A stretch of 64,000 nucleotides of DNA from Octopus vulgaris (taxonomy: Eukaryota): assembly GCA_951406725.2 (NCBI GenBank), contig OX597837.1, positions 42,160,001 through 42,224,000 of the forward strand, read 5' to 3'. Position 1 is the first letter of the stretch, and the number at the start of each line of letters is the position of its first letter. The notes under the pieces are model-generated. The model saw only the letters and a list, made by a program, of their open reading frames with translations, was not told the DNA's origin and ran no database searches. Shown in pieces: positions 1-13,301 of this stretch. Position numbers and translations under genes: made by a program.

Positions 1-74
1 GTACCACGCAGTGGGACTGAACCTGGTACCATGTAATTGGTAAGCAAGCTACTTACCACACAGCCACTACTAAG

Positions 75-246
75 GGGATGTGTCGATTACAATGACCCCA
101 GTGTTCAACTGGTACTTCATTTTTTGACCTTCAAAGGATGAAAGGCAAAGTTGACCTCAGTGGAATTTGAACTCAGAACATAGCAGCAGACAAAATACTG
201 CTAAGCATTTCGCCAGGCATGTTAACGATTCTGCCAGCTTGATGCC
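75..246 (-). mobile_element. tRNA-derived SINE family A, diverged copy
   Basis: Reverse complement of the family seen many times in the window (ggcggcgagctggcagaa...ttctgagttcaaattccgccgaggtcgactttgcctttcatcc...); box-B-like GAGTTCAAATTCC. Confidence 0.8.
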
Positions 247-1008
247 TGGAAGAGGATCACAATGATGATAAAAACTACAGCCGTAACAAATAGGTAAGAT
301 TTGCTAACATGCTATGCTTTTACTAATTGTTTTATGTGTACATGTAATGGAGAGCCAATATAGATACCCTCTCAACAGAACATCTGGAGGAGAGAGAGCG
401 AGGGGGTGGGAATAGCAGCGGTGCTTGGCTGGTGAGTATTTCACCTGAGTAGATTGAACTAATGTGAAATGAAGCATTTTGCCCAAAGACACGACGTCCT
501 CCTTGGTCTAGGAATTGAACTCACAAACATACAATTATGATGCCAACACTTTAACCACTAGGTCGTGAGCTTTCATCTTCTAAATACATATAAGAAAGTA
601 CAGAGAACACAAACCAAATTCTAGATTAATGTTTAATGCACCAACCAAAAACATTAGTTATTATGGAATATAATTCTACCATGTTCTAGATTAACGTTTA
701 GTACACAATGTTTATATTTATTTATTCCTTTTTCATAACAAATTGACTTTCTTCTCCTCTCTTTCGCTCCTTCTCTTTCCTTCTCTCTCTCTCTCTCTCG
801 CTCTCCTTCTCTTTCGCTCTTTCTCGCCTGTGTGCTTTCATGAACACTGATACGAAGAAATGGTTGAAATAAAAAGCTTGAAGTGTTAAAAGCAACTCAT
901 TTGAAAACCAAATTTATTCTTAAAAGTCAAACATTGCTGTAGTTGTTTGCCAAACTCAAAAACATCTCGAGAAAGATAAAACAGAAAAGAAACTAAACCC
1001 ACACACAT

Positions 1009-1057
<49 letters not shown>

Positions 1058-1527
1058 ATTCCACACACGTCATCATTAATACTGCACATTTGTAGCAGCT
1101 GCCATAACAACAATATATTCATAGTAATTTTTTCCACCTGCTTCATATTTTAATATTTAAAATACGAGATAAGCTCCCTGTTGTTTAGAGAACAGATGGA
1201 GAGGTCATAGAATTGCTTTCTTTATTCAATGCCTCTCCTTGAACAGAATGTCTCATCTCTGTAATTTATCCTTTTCCTTCCGTGTATTTGGAAATAACAA
1301 CTGGATTCTAAGAACGAGATATTTTAATCTCCCTCAAAGCACAGAAGTCTAGCTAGGGACATTTTATCTTTCTCGGAGAATAAAACCAAGCTAGAATAGA
1401 CATCTAAATTAGAGAGGGGTACAACATCCTGAACAGTATAAAGTCAATGGTAGATTTAAGATAATTTACTGTGTTCTATTTATGAGGAAAGTTAAACAAG
1501 AATCCCAGAATTTACTTCATAGGTTTA

Positions 1528-2370
1528 CCAGCAGAGATACCCGGCGTTGCTCAGGATTTAAACGGCATAGTTTATATATATGGTCAGTCTAATCCCTTGA
1601 GAACGGTTGACACAAATATGCGATCACACTATTGCTTGCCTACCCGCGGTTAACGTAAATATACGATGTAGATCTGCCCTACATCTATCACGGTCTTTTT
1701 AGTGGCTGACATATGTTTACGTTTGCTATCATGTACTTTATCTCTTGAGGTGCGTGCACTTGCCATCCGTGCATTATCTTAGCTATTTTAGGTTACGTTC
1801 AAGTGATGAGACTAGCAGTAGACCAATGACATGCGGATACTTTACATGCATATAATACCGTGTTTTGAGTTGTACCACACGCAAGCTATTTTTTTAACTT
1901 GAGCAGAATAACTCGTGCATATCATATTATGATAAATAGCTTCACATAGTTCGTTTTCATAAACCGGTAGACGTAAATGTACGGCGCTATGTTACAGTAA
2001 CGGTGAATGTAAATAGACATGAGCTCATTGGCACTTGTGTGTATGTGTGGCCTCATTAGATAAAAAAAAAAACCCGGAGCAGTGTCTCGCATGTTTCTGG
2101 TAATACCGGCGTCAAGTGGTTAAGTTGAAATGCGATACAGGGAAGTGCAGCATTGATAACAAAACATTTGTGGAGTAAATGAAGGGCTAATTAGACTAAG
2201 TGACATGTCGTGCGTCTGTTTGGAAGATTCCAAGCCCTAACTTTGTCATGGAAAAGTGGGTGGTGGGGTATGGGATTTTTGAATGCACCAAAAAGCTCTC
2301 AGTGGATATACTCAATGTTGTGCCTGTTGGTACTGATGCTACCACACTGAACAATCAGCATGAGATAGGA
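1528..2370 (-). mobile_element. Helitron-like non-autonomous element (3' hairpin end at 1528)
   Basis: Minus strand ends tcctgagcaacgccgggtatctctgctgg: a GC-rich hairpin plus CTRG-like terminus. The same terminus (acccaagcaaccctgggta) closes the element at 59550-59925. Distal boundary approximate. Confidence 0.5.
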
Positions 2371-2376
2371 ACTATA

Positions 2377-2620
2377 TCATCATCATCATCATCATCATCA
2401 TCGTTTAACGTCCGTTTTCCGCGCTAGCACGGGTTGGACGGTTTCGACCGGGGTCTGGGGAGCTCGGGACTGCCCCAGGCTCCAGTCTAGTCTGGCAGTG
2501 TTTCTACAGCTGGATGCCCTTCCTAACGCCAACCACTCCGCGAGTGTAGTGGGTGTTTTTACGTGCCACCTGCACAGGTGCCAGAGGGGTCTGGCATCGG
2601 CCACGTTCGGATGGTGCTTT
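2377..2620 (-). mobile_element. SINE family C with (ATG)n tail
   Basis: (CAT)n + cgtttaacgtccgttttcc...ctggatgcccttcctaacgccaaccactcc, shared with copies at about 14100, 22721, 36215, 40878, 45852, 52296 and 55156. Confidence 0.8.
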
Positions 2621-3169
2621 TATGGGGGGGCAGAAATATATAGGGGAGCACCAGTGGGGAGGGGTGGTTCAGAGAAATGATGACAGGTTCTAGGCAAGTA
2701 GAACGTAGGATATCAAGAGAGGGGTAATGCATGGTGAAATAGCGCATTGAAGAGGGGGGTTCGAAGAGTAGACACCTATAATCTATGTGATAAATTAAGC
2801 CTGTGGGCATGCTCAACAGCACCACATCAGAGAAATCTACATGAAAGAGATGATGTAGTAAAGGAAGAGGATTGGCAAGGAAGCGCTTGAAAACAACAGT
2901 CATGCGATATTTCAGTTTAGAATCAATAGTCGTGGCTCAACTGGGGACTCCTTCATGCAAGCAGTGTGCAAACATTGTGAGGACAACTCAGCTTCCAAAC
3001 AAAAACAATTCTGCATGTAGCATCTCGGCACGGTCACATTAAGGACGCCGTCTCTAACTAAATGGTTGGGTCTTAGGCACCATAAATTAGTAGGTTAATG
3101 AACATGGAATATTTCAGTTTGTAATCAATAGCTGAAGAATAGGGAAAGGCAAAGGGGCCAATACAACTT

Positions 3170-3330
3170 GACACCTGTGATGTCGCAACTTATTTCTACA
3201 GCTAAGTGAACTGGAGCAACATGAAATAAAGTGTCTTGCTCAAGAACACAACACGCAGCCTGGTCTGGGATTTGAACTCACAACCTCATGATCGTAAGCT
3301 CGACACTCTAACCACTGAGCCATGCACCTT
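3170..3330 (-). mobile_element. tRNA-derived SINE family D fragment
   Basis: Minus strand atggctcagtggttagagtg...gagttcaaatccc (box A/box B); related copy at about 430-575. Confidence 0.65.
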
Positions 3331-3660
3331 CACCTCCTTGTAACGAGACATTGTATAATTGTTGTAAATAAATATGTCCACTTCCAATATTCTGCAAAAA
3401 CATGTCTGACCACGAGGAGGTTTTACAGTTTAGAAACAGACAAGAGTTGGCAATAAGAAGAGCATCCAGCAGTAGAAAACCTACCTCAATAGCATGGGAA
3501 ACCAGACATTTAAATGACAACAATGACAACACCTGTATCTTAATCATTGCTGTTGCTTAGTGCGCCTCTAATTAATTCATTCTAGCTTGGCACAAAACTT
3601 TGCATACACCAGCAAATTTATTATTTACTGTTTAAAACAAGAACAGTGAATCTGTTATAT

Positions 3661-3702
3661 GTAGCTGATGATATGTCACAATACAGAAACATGTGTCCTA
3701 TG
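3661..3702 (+). ncRNA. Minimal type I hammerhead ribozyme-like motif inside a Penelope-like partial direct repeat (about 3508-3900)
   Basis: gtag-CTGATGA-tatgt-caca-ataca-GAAA-c-atgt-GTC-ctat. Both core boxes, GUC cleavage triplet, stem I gtag/ctat, palindromic ACATGT at helix III; stem II has one mismatch. Confidence 0.55.
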
Positions 3703-4642
3703 GTCTGACGACTTCATAAGTCAGTGGTGTGTCATCACACACAGTGTCTGTAAGGAGAATTTCTTTCTCAAGACAGTATCAAGACAGCAGACATCTTCCC
3801 ACATCTAAGTATACAAAACAGTGTTTAAATATAACTGCTTACATCTATATTTTAATCATTGCTGCTTCGTGTGTTTCTAATTAATTAAACATTCAGTCTA
3901 TAAATCACACAGACTCCTACGACTAATGGACCATAAGTTATCAATAAAAGCCACAAGTAAACACAGGTCAGAACAAGAATATACAAAAAAATAACAAAAA
4001 CAAAAACAAAACAAAACAAAAATCAAACAAACATAAAAAGATACCATCCAGCCATATGACTATGATACGAGAGTCATTTGTGAAATTTTATGATAACAAA
4101 ATACTGTCCATGCAATTATATTTATCTGCTGCAACACTACATTCTTTGTCTTCTACAACCAAGAACACTAGTTCACAGTTTTTACCGAATCTTTATGTTC
4201 ATCAGAATGCAATTTTACTGACTTAAGTGCTTGAGTGCACAATGCTACTTTAGGTAGCTGTACAGACATTTTGACATAAGTCTTCAAGTGCAGACCAGAG
4301 ACAGACGCTGCTGGTCTTTGCAGCACACTTATTGCCTGATATCTTTGAGGACACTTCACCATCCATCCAATTATACATCAGTTTTCCATTCGCTCTACAC
4401 TCTCCCACCACTTCTGTTGTTTTCAAGAGTTTGTAAATGTAACAGCTTGCAGATTCATCATCATCATCATCATCATCATCATTTAATGTCCACTTTTCCA
4501 CGCTTGCATTGGGCAAGGGTCAGGTGGAATCTGTTGTGACAGATTTTCTGTCAAGATGCCCTTCTAAACACCAACCCTTACCTGGTTTCCAAGCAAAGTA
4601 ATATTTCCAGAAGACTGGGAATGAACATCATATGTAATATGG

Positions 4643-4835
4643 TGGCATATTTCGGACATATTATGCGGAGAAAATCCATGGAGAAGGACATCATGCTCGG
4701 AATGGTCAGTGGCAAGAGAGGAAGAGGCCGACCAAGAACCCACTGGCTTGACACCATCAAGAGTGATACCGGAAAGGACATAGCCAATCTGAAAGAAGCG
4801 GCCCTAGATAGAACTGATCCAACGAGGGATGAGGG
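4643..4835 (+). mobile_element. RTE-clade LINE ORF 3' fragment
   Basis: AYFGHIMRRKSMEKDIMLGMVSGKRGRGRPRTHWLDTIKSDTG...LKEAALDR matches the RTE/BovB-type C-terminal pattern (YFGHI.RR...GKR.RGRP..RW.D). Confidence 0.85.
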
Positions 4836-5202
4836 AAAGTTGACTGTTATTTTTAGCAAGTAAGTAACCACATAAAGATTCTCTCATTTTGCTAAACATG
4901 TAGGCGTGGCTGTATAGTAAGAAACTTGCTTCCCAACCACATGGTTCCAGGTTCAATCCCAGTGCATGGCACCTTGCACAAGTGGAAACTATATTCATAA
5001 CACAGCTTAACGTTAAAATAAACACAAAAAATAAATGTCCACCTGACAATCGTACATATACCAATGGTTTATATATAAATCAAATTCCAATGGAAAAGTC
5101 TATACCAATCCCTGTGACACTGAGTACAGTACAATCAGCACCAACATCACTCCATCCTGAAGGTGAGACTGTAACAATTGAGAAATGCTGATTCATTCAG
5201 AA

Positions 5203-5463
5203 CAATGGTTCTCAACCATTTTCTTACCTATAGACCCCTTTGATTCCTATTTTACTCTACTGGACCCTAGTAAACATCTGAGATTTTAAAAAGTCCAATT
5301 TATATTCTTATGATTAGATATTATTAGGAATTTTATAATTAAAAATTGTTAAAATACTTTGCATATTGGAGAAGTATAATAAATTCATTGCACATAAATT
5401 TGAAACTGCGATATCTTATATGGAGCCCCGAAGGGTTTTGTGGATCTTGGTTGAGAATCACTG
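5203..5463. mobile_element. hAT-like MITE
   Basis: TIRs caatggttctcaacca / tggttgagaatcactg; degenerate 8-bp TSD attcagaa / aattagaa. Confidence 0.75.
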
Positions 5464-6140
5464 AATTAGAAGTTTTATGGTTCCAAATGAAACTACAAGA
5501 ACTCAGACAAAAATATGAAGAAAAAAAATTTGTGATAAAATAAACAGATAAAACTAAAACACAGTCATATTTTACACACACACACACACAAGCAAATATT
5601 CAGAAGATGTTAATGATATCCTTGTAGTAACGAGGAATTTAAATCCTCAATCCTTCATTTAGAATTCCTCTTGTCGTATTGACAAGATCATATCAACAGC
5701 CTTACAGCAACAGCTCACAGCTATGCTAATTCTTCCATCATTTAATCCTCTGCTGAAGAACCATAAATTGCAAAGTTGATAAAAGTATCAGACAAACAGA
5801 GAAAGGATTAGCAAGTCTGTCTGTATATATTTTGTCACTGATGCTACGCTACATCCATAAATCTGTGACGTTGTTGTCTCTAATTATTTATAAGTAGGTT
5901 ACACAGTATGGTGCTAGTCATTTATGTAAGCAGTGGAGATTATTTGTTCGATTCAGATACTAGTATCCTGTCCAGGTGTACTTCTTAACTTCCTGCTGGA
6001 AATAAAATCCACTATTTTTAACTAAATTTATTATTAGTACACCAGTTTTGGGAAAGGATTAACAGTCTAACTTCAGTCGCCTCTTGAATAGAGCTGGTTA
6101 TTTTTACTACTGCAAGTTTGAAAACATGCACGTGTGTTTG

Positions 6141-6183
<43 letters not shown>

Positions 6184-7002
6184 GGGGGTGAATATTTACC
6201 ATGTGTATCCAAGTTGTAGTGTACGTAAACTGGGACCCTGCAAATAGTAAGAGATGACTTTAAGAGCTTCAGGCATAAAACAATGCCTCAGAAAACCATC
6301 TAAACTATGGAAGGGCAGATATAAACTGCTAATAATGATTATACACACACACACACACATATATATATACATACAAGCATACATATATATATATACACAC
6401 ACACATACATATACATATATTCACACACATATCTACATACATACACACATATTTGGAGATAGAAGAATGGCTGGACAAACAAGTGCACAGTCCGATGGAT
6501 GGACAGATAGACACACACACACACACACATATATATATACACAAGCACACAAACATACATTACTTCTCTAAAATTTGCTAAATTCTTACATGAAGAAATA
6601 TTCTTGTTATATCTATTCTATGTAAGAAATATTTATTCCTAAACATACAAGTATGCATATGTGTGTGTGTACATGCAATCAACTTCATTTGACATCTGCT
6701 TTTCTATGCTGGCATGAGTTGTGTAGATTTCACAGCATCTCACAATTTGTTGTGCCACTTATCCGACATGAAAAACAACAGGAGAAAAACCATCAGACAA
6801 TACCACACCAATTTTTGGTGGTGGGGTCGATAGGAATGACTGTGTCTCCTTGTCTTGACATCAAATGAGGGCTTTGAGAAAGAGTCGTTGTAATACAAGC
6901 AGTGTCATTCCTTTCCTGTATGCTGCATAAACATGTCAGGCTGTGGGGGGAAATATTACCTTGCTTGGTTTACAGGGAGGGCATGTGGCCATTGAAAATC
7001 TG

Positions 7003-7425
7003 GGATCTTTTCGGTTTGAATGGCAGTTTTTTTCTAGCGGTGTCATATGAAATTGTCATCTATAATTATGACCCTAGTATCGATCTATTGCATTTCTATC
7101 TGTTTTAGGGTTGGTTAGGGTTAGGGGTGGGGGGAAGGGTATCTTTTTTTTCTTCAAATGTAAATAAACCCAATCTGTTTCTTAAACGAGGGACATATTC
7201 ATACAGCACAGAATGTTTTTTTTATCTCAATAGATGTAATTGATTGGTTGAAATTGCAGACATTGAAGAAAAAAGACAACAAATATCTTACAAACTATAG
7301 AATTTTTTCAATAAAGCCAAGAGAAAAAGATGTTTTATAAACACATTCTACCAGTATACGAAGTTTAACATTTTTTAGTTACCTAGAAATTATGTTAAAA
7401 ACTGCCGTTCAAACCTAAAAGATCC
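7003..7425. mobile_element. MITE with ~29-bp TIRs and 8-bp TSD (MULE- or Merlin-like), inserted in an older SINE-like repeat
   Basis: ggatcttttcggtttgaatggcagttttt ... aaaaactgccgttcaaacctaaaagatcc; TSD aaaatctg / aaaatttg; internal ttagggttggttagggttagggg. Confidence 0.85.
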
Positions 7426-7955
7426 AAAATTTGCCTTAATAATCTTCCATACAAGCATAGAAACGTGGATATGGTGGTGACGACGATGATGTCCATTTCG
7501 ATCACCAACCACTTTACAACATATACTGTGTATATTTTATCATACTACAAGCACTTGAGGTGTTGCTTGTGACAGAAATGAGCTTTCCCCTATCATATAC
7601 TAATTTTTATTCAGAGATACAACTTGCTCTCCTATACAGGTTTTCTGTTCTGCTGTTTGTCGAGTTCAGTGTTTTTTCCATGTGTTCATTGCTGTTCTTT
7701 GTTGTGGTTTTCACAGCAAGATGTCATGCATATCACAAACCATTTACAGCATTAGCTAGGTGCGCTTTTTACCATGCAAACTATGTGCATATGTATCTGT
7801 GTTTATTTGTGCATATACACACCCGTGTGTGTGTGTGTATATGTGTGTATACATACACACATTTATATATGTATTAAGAGAGTGGGAGAGAGCGAGAAAG
7901 AGAAGGTAGTGAATGAATACAGCACAGGGTAAATAAAATGGCCAGGTTTTCTCAC

Positions 7956-8012
7956 CACGCTATGTAACCTAATTCCAATGCTATCCACATGCTAATAGCC
8001 ACACAAAAAATT
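7956..8012 (-). CDS. Candidate 57-nt symmetric exon encoding a hydrophobic segment (IFCVAISMWIALELGYIA)
   Basis: Long T-rich tract + tacag acceptor, gtgaga donor, only one open frame (phase 2/2). No homology recognised. Confidence 0.25.
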
Positions 8013-8609
8013 CTGTATGGATAACAAAAAAAATAAATATAATAAAATAAATAAAATGAAAAATAAAAATGGATCCGAAAAATGTAACAAAAAAAAAACA
8101 ATGAAAAAAAACGGAAAAAACTCCCCAAAATGAAGCGCTTCAGCTTTCCTTTATTAACAACTGAATGCCAAATAAGAAATGAATGACTATATAGATTTAG
8201 CAAATCCATCTCTGTTTGAATATTCTAAGGGTTTATTGTTTTTATTTGTGTTTCGCAGGCAATAAGAGAACGAAGAATGGATAGGTGAGCAAAAAAAAAA
8301 CATTAAAAAAAAATAAAAAAATAAAAATGAAAAAAAATTAAAGGGAAAAAGAGTGATATTATTATATCTCTAAATTTCATTTGTTATTCATGTGTTATTC
8401 ATGAGAAAAAAAAAACCCCCAAAAAACAAAAAACAAAATACAAACAAGAAAACAAATGGATTTCACACTTTGTATTGCTATTCCTCTCCTGATTTTCTAG
8501 ATTTGACATGTGGGATTCAATTGCCCCGTTCACTATGAATCAACATGGTGTGCTGAATGAAGCAAGCATTTCTAAATCCCGTCTTTACCAATCAATTTGT
8601 TACAGTTTA

Positions 8610-8637
8610 TTATATATGTATGCATGCATGCACGTAC

Positions 8638-8678
<41 letters not shown>

Positions 8679-8885
8679 ATTAGGTCTGTATGTATCTATG
8701 CAAGTCCACTTATAGGTGTGTGCATGTATCTATGTGTGTGTGGGTATATATATATATATATACACACACATAAACACAGACACACACATACACATATATT
8801 TTCAGACATAAACACATAAGTATGCATAATATATATATATACACATACACTTTATATACATATGTGCACATAATATATATATATA

Positions 8886-8960
<75 letters not shown>

Positions 8961-9679
8961 GTATATATATATATATGTATATATATCATCATCATCATAA
9001 TCATATATATATATATTTGCATATATAAATGCATACATACATAAATACATGTGTGTATTTCATATGTGTGTGTATACATACACACACACACACATATAAT
9101 ATGCGCACTTACATTATATATGTGTATGTATGTATATATATAAATAAATACTGAATGCAATGAGATGTATGCATGTATTTGTGCGTATATATACATGAAT
9201 ATAGTCACATGTATGTAGTATATAGATAAAATATTCACACACCTCATGTATGTGAATGGATTATACAATGTAAATATCTCACCGTTACCGTCCATGCCCA
9301 ACACCTAGCATCCTCAACCACCAAACACCCAACACCAGCATTTACAATATTTTTTTTCCATAAGTCTTTCAGGATTTTTATATGAAGGCATAGAGGTTAG
9401 GTAAGTTTATCCATTCTTTTAAATAGAAAGCAAATAATTGGGTAAAAGAAAATAATAATAATAATATTAATAATAATAATAATGATAATAATAATAATAA
9501 TAATAATAATAACGGCAGAAATGAAGAAAAAAAGTAATGAAAAGCAAAGAAAAATGAATGTGAGGAAGGAATAAAAATTAAGTAAATAACTATATAGGAA
9601 AAAAGGACACATAAAAAATATTGAGAGAATAAGGAGAGCTTTATGATTAAAGCATTTCAATCCTGACAGAAAGCAACAA

Positions 9680-9725
<46 letters not shown>

Positions 9726-9732
9726 ATGTATG

Positions 9733-9776
<44 letters not shown>

Positions 9777-9808
9777 CAAATACACACACACACACATATA
9801 TATATTAT

Positions 9809-9847
<39 letters not shown>

Positions 9848-9957
9848 CAGATCATAAATATATATGTGAATATATGGATGTATAATACATGTGTGTGTGT
9901 ATATATATATATGTTTTATATATATATATTATACAAATACACACATATATATATTAT

Positions 9958-9994
<37 letters not shown>

Positions 9995-10043
9995 CATAAT
10001 CATAAATATATATGTGTATATATATGGATGGATGTGTAATACA

Positions 10044-10100
<57 letters not shown>

Positions 10101-10196
10101 ATATTTATTAACTCTTTCTGTATGTCATGTGTATAGGTGTGTGCAAATATATTTACATGAATGTATGACACACAAACATATCTATACATGTATGTA

Positions 10197-10260
<64 letters not shown>

Positions 10261-10300
10261 TGCATATATTTATTAACTCACTCCTTCTTTATATACATAC

Positions 10301-10368
<68 letters not shown>

Positions 10369-10410
10369 ATATGTGATATGGAAAGAGAGAGAGAGAGAGA
10401 GAGAAAAGTA
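8610..10410. repeat. Compound (TA)n/(CA)n/(AAT)n microsatellite fields with a ~155-bp higher-order duplication
   Basis: Block tattatacaaatacacac...tcataaatatatatgtg...atatggatg...taatacatgtgt occurs at about 9770-9900 and 9925-10050. Confidence 0.9.
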
Positions 10411-11305
10411 CGAAGACGGTAAAGTGCATGAACATACACACCAAGAGAAACTAATCAATCATCTTAAATATTCTGACAGAAGACACTTATTGTGTGTTTT
10501 TATCTGTTAAAATATTGCTCCAAAGTAAAAGGGGGAAGACAGACAACAATCACGAACACTCTTAGTTTCAGCAAGATTTTATACATTCCATACATACATG
10601 TATATATTATATATATATATATATATTGGTATTTGCTACTTTTTGTGATTTTATTTGTATATAAATTTGAAATTGTTTTTGTTCCTTCTTTGAAACCATA
10701 TTTGTCAGTTTTATCGGATGATGCTGCGAAATGCTAAAAAGGTTAAGATTAACAGATAATCTCCATAGGAAATACTACAAATGGTGCAGACAGCTATTGC
10801 ATGGATTAAATGCAGCGGTACATGCGGACAAGATAAGAGAAAAAAAATGAAGAAAAAAAAAAATTAATAAATGGATAAATTTGTAAAATTATAAATAACA
10901 ACGCTTTACAAATGGAGGGCAGAGTCCAAGAAGAAAGCACTCTGCAAGAGAATGGCTAATTCCTGAATTGAAGAATTGTCTTTAAGAACCAATCAGGACA
11001 TTTTGGTAACATCAATAACAAGTGAAAGGAGACAGAAATGGAAGTTAGGAGAAAAAAAATTTGGCATTCAGTACAAACTTTGTATTTTGTTTTTAAGATG
11101 CTTCAGTTATTGCACTGTGGCCATGCTGGGGCACCTCCTTGACAGGCTGAGGCGAACATTTTTTTTGTAAAGTCTGGTACTTATTCTACTGCACTGCTAC
11201 TTTAGGGGGATGTAAACAACCAACACTTGTTGCGAAGCAGCAGCGAGGACAAACACTAACACACACACACATGTCCATCCATTCATCAGCTTTGATATAT
11301 ATATA

Positions 11306-11675
11306 TCATCATCATCATTGTTCGACCGTGGTCAAGACAATGGAATTTACCATGCTACGCCAGACTTCATGGTCCATCATAGCATTATGGAGGTCCTGTT
11401 GCTGGATGCCTGTATCCCTGGAGATTACATCAGGGTAGGAGAGTGTGCACCCTCTGGTATCGCGAGCAGATGGCTTCCAGAGGAGAAGAGTAGAAATTAC
11501 CTCGTTTTCAGCTCTAAAACAATGTCCAGCAAACTGGACTCTTCTACCTTTCACAAGAGATGATACAGATGGTAGTTTCCCATATATTTGCATTTTGGTT
11601 GGATGATGGTTCCACGAAAGATTTTGAACTCTCATAAGGAGGCGAGTGTAGGTTCCATCCAACCGCCTCTCAAGC
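11306..11675 (-). mobile_element. RTE-like LINE, 5'-truncated, (TGA)n tail
   Basis: RLDGTYTRLLMRVQNLSW...RRVQFAGHCFRAENEVISTLLLWKP...WRSMVNSIVLTTVEQ* followed directly by (TGA)n; same family at 30914 and 58784. Confidence 0.9.
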
Positions 11676-13070
11676 GGTATATATATATATATATATAATA
11701 ATTATTAATAATTATTAGAGGGAATATTATTCCTAACTTACAGGGAAAAATTCAATTTAGAAATACTAAATCAAATTTCACAAAATATGATATATATATA
11801 AAAATTAGAAAAAAACACCTTTTATCAATTCAAAATGAACAATTAAATTACACCATCTACTTCATTTTATTAAACACTGTAAACATCAGTTTTAAAATGT
11901 CAAGCAATCTTCAGCCACTTATAGAAATTTTCCAATCAAACGGAACAATGCACATTCTTATCCCTATTTCATTTGCCAACATTATATAGAGGGTATATAT
12001 ACAGACAGAGAGGTGGATTTCATTCTTAAGAACATATATATATACACATAGATAGACACAGGTCTTCCACACAGCTTCCATGTATCAAATTCTATAAGGA
12101 ATTGGTTTGCACAAGGCTATAGTAGATGACAATTGCCCAAGGTACTATGCAATGGGACTGAACCTAAAACTATGTGGTTGGGAAGCAAACCTGCTGACCA
12201 CTTTTACTCAGCAGTTGGTAGTCTTTTGTTGTATTTATTTATTTATTTTTTTTTTTACAAACCAAGAGTCTTGGTAATTTTAAAGAATTTACATGATGAA
12301 GGTCCAAAATTAATAGAGTTTAAACAACTTACATTGAAATTTAACTGGTTGGCAGGAGATCAAACATTTCTAGAATGAAAGTGATAGTGAAAGTCTTGCC
12401 AAAAATTAGGTTGAGTTTAATATATATGGCATTGTGATCTTGGTTAAGCTCTTCTGACATGCTAACGCTTTCTCAGCGGTAGTGATGAAAAGTTAGGACA
12501 CACGGTATTCTAATCTGGAATTCCCAACAAAGTAAATTTCTTGTCAAAGCACCTGATGTGAAATGATCGCAAAAGGAAATTCTACATATTCTCCGAAGTA
12601 CACACAGATATCACAGAAACGCATACGCACGTTCATTCACACAAAGACACACAAATGCAAAGACAGAAAGATATAGATACACACACGCTCTTACACATAG
12701 ACATACATAGAATCACACAAGCATAGAATTACACAAAGAGGATCGATAATCCGTGAAAAACTTCAGAACATATGACTATCTCTTTGGAACAATCAAACGA
12801 TAAAACAAATGCCATTTACTGGCAGAGATTCAGATGAAGCATCAAAGCTTATTGAATGGAATCTCAGAAATGATAACAGCCACTGGAGGATGTCAGCAGT
12901 TGAAAGATGACTTGCTAAAATGGTAAATGATATTTTCGCAACATGCAATGTCCAAGGGAGAAACATGAAATTCTTTTACTTTATCTAACACAACCATTCC
13001 AAATTCCCAAAGGCACTATTCTACAAATGACCACAATTTTTGTGGTTGACAGCAGGAATATTGCTATAGC

Positions 13071-13123
<53 letters not shown>

Positions 13124-13266
13124 CATCATCATCATCATCGTTTAGCGTCCGTTTTCCATGCTAGCATGGGTTGGACGGATATATATACATAAACATATAT
13201 ATATGTACATATATATATACACACATATATACACACATATATATACACATATATACACACATATAT

Positions 13267-13301
<35 letters not shown>

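Noticed and set aside
2700-3170. Possible very decayed LINE RT on the minus strand (VVLAPL..., IYGA*D)
   Set aside because: Motifs are too degenerate to support without an alignment.
8802-10458. Long ORFs rich in YI/CV/HT (also 21020-21558, 35644-36276, 49473-50288, 57439-58135)
   Set aside because: Translations of (TA)n/(TG)n microsatellites, open on both strands and in several frames.
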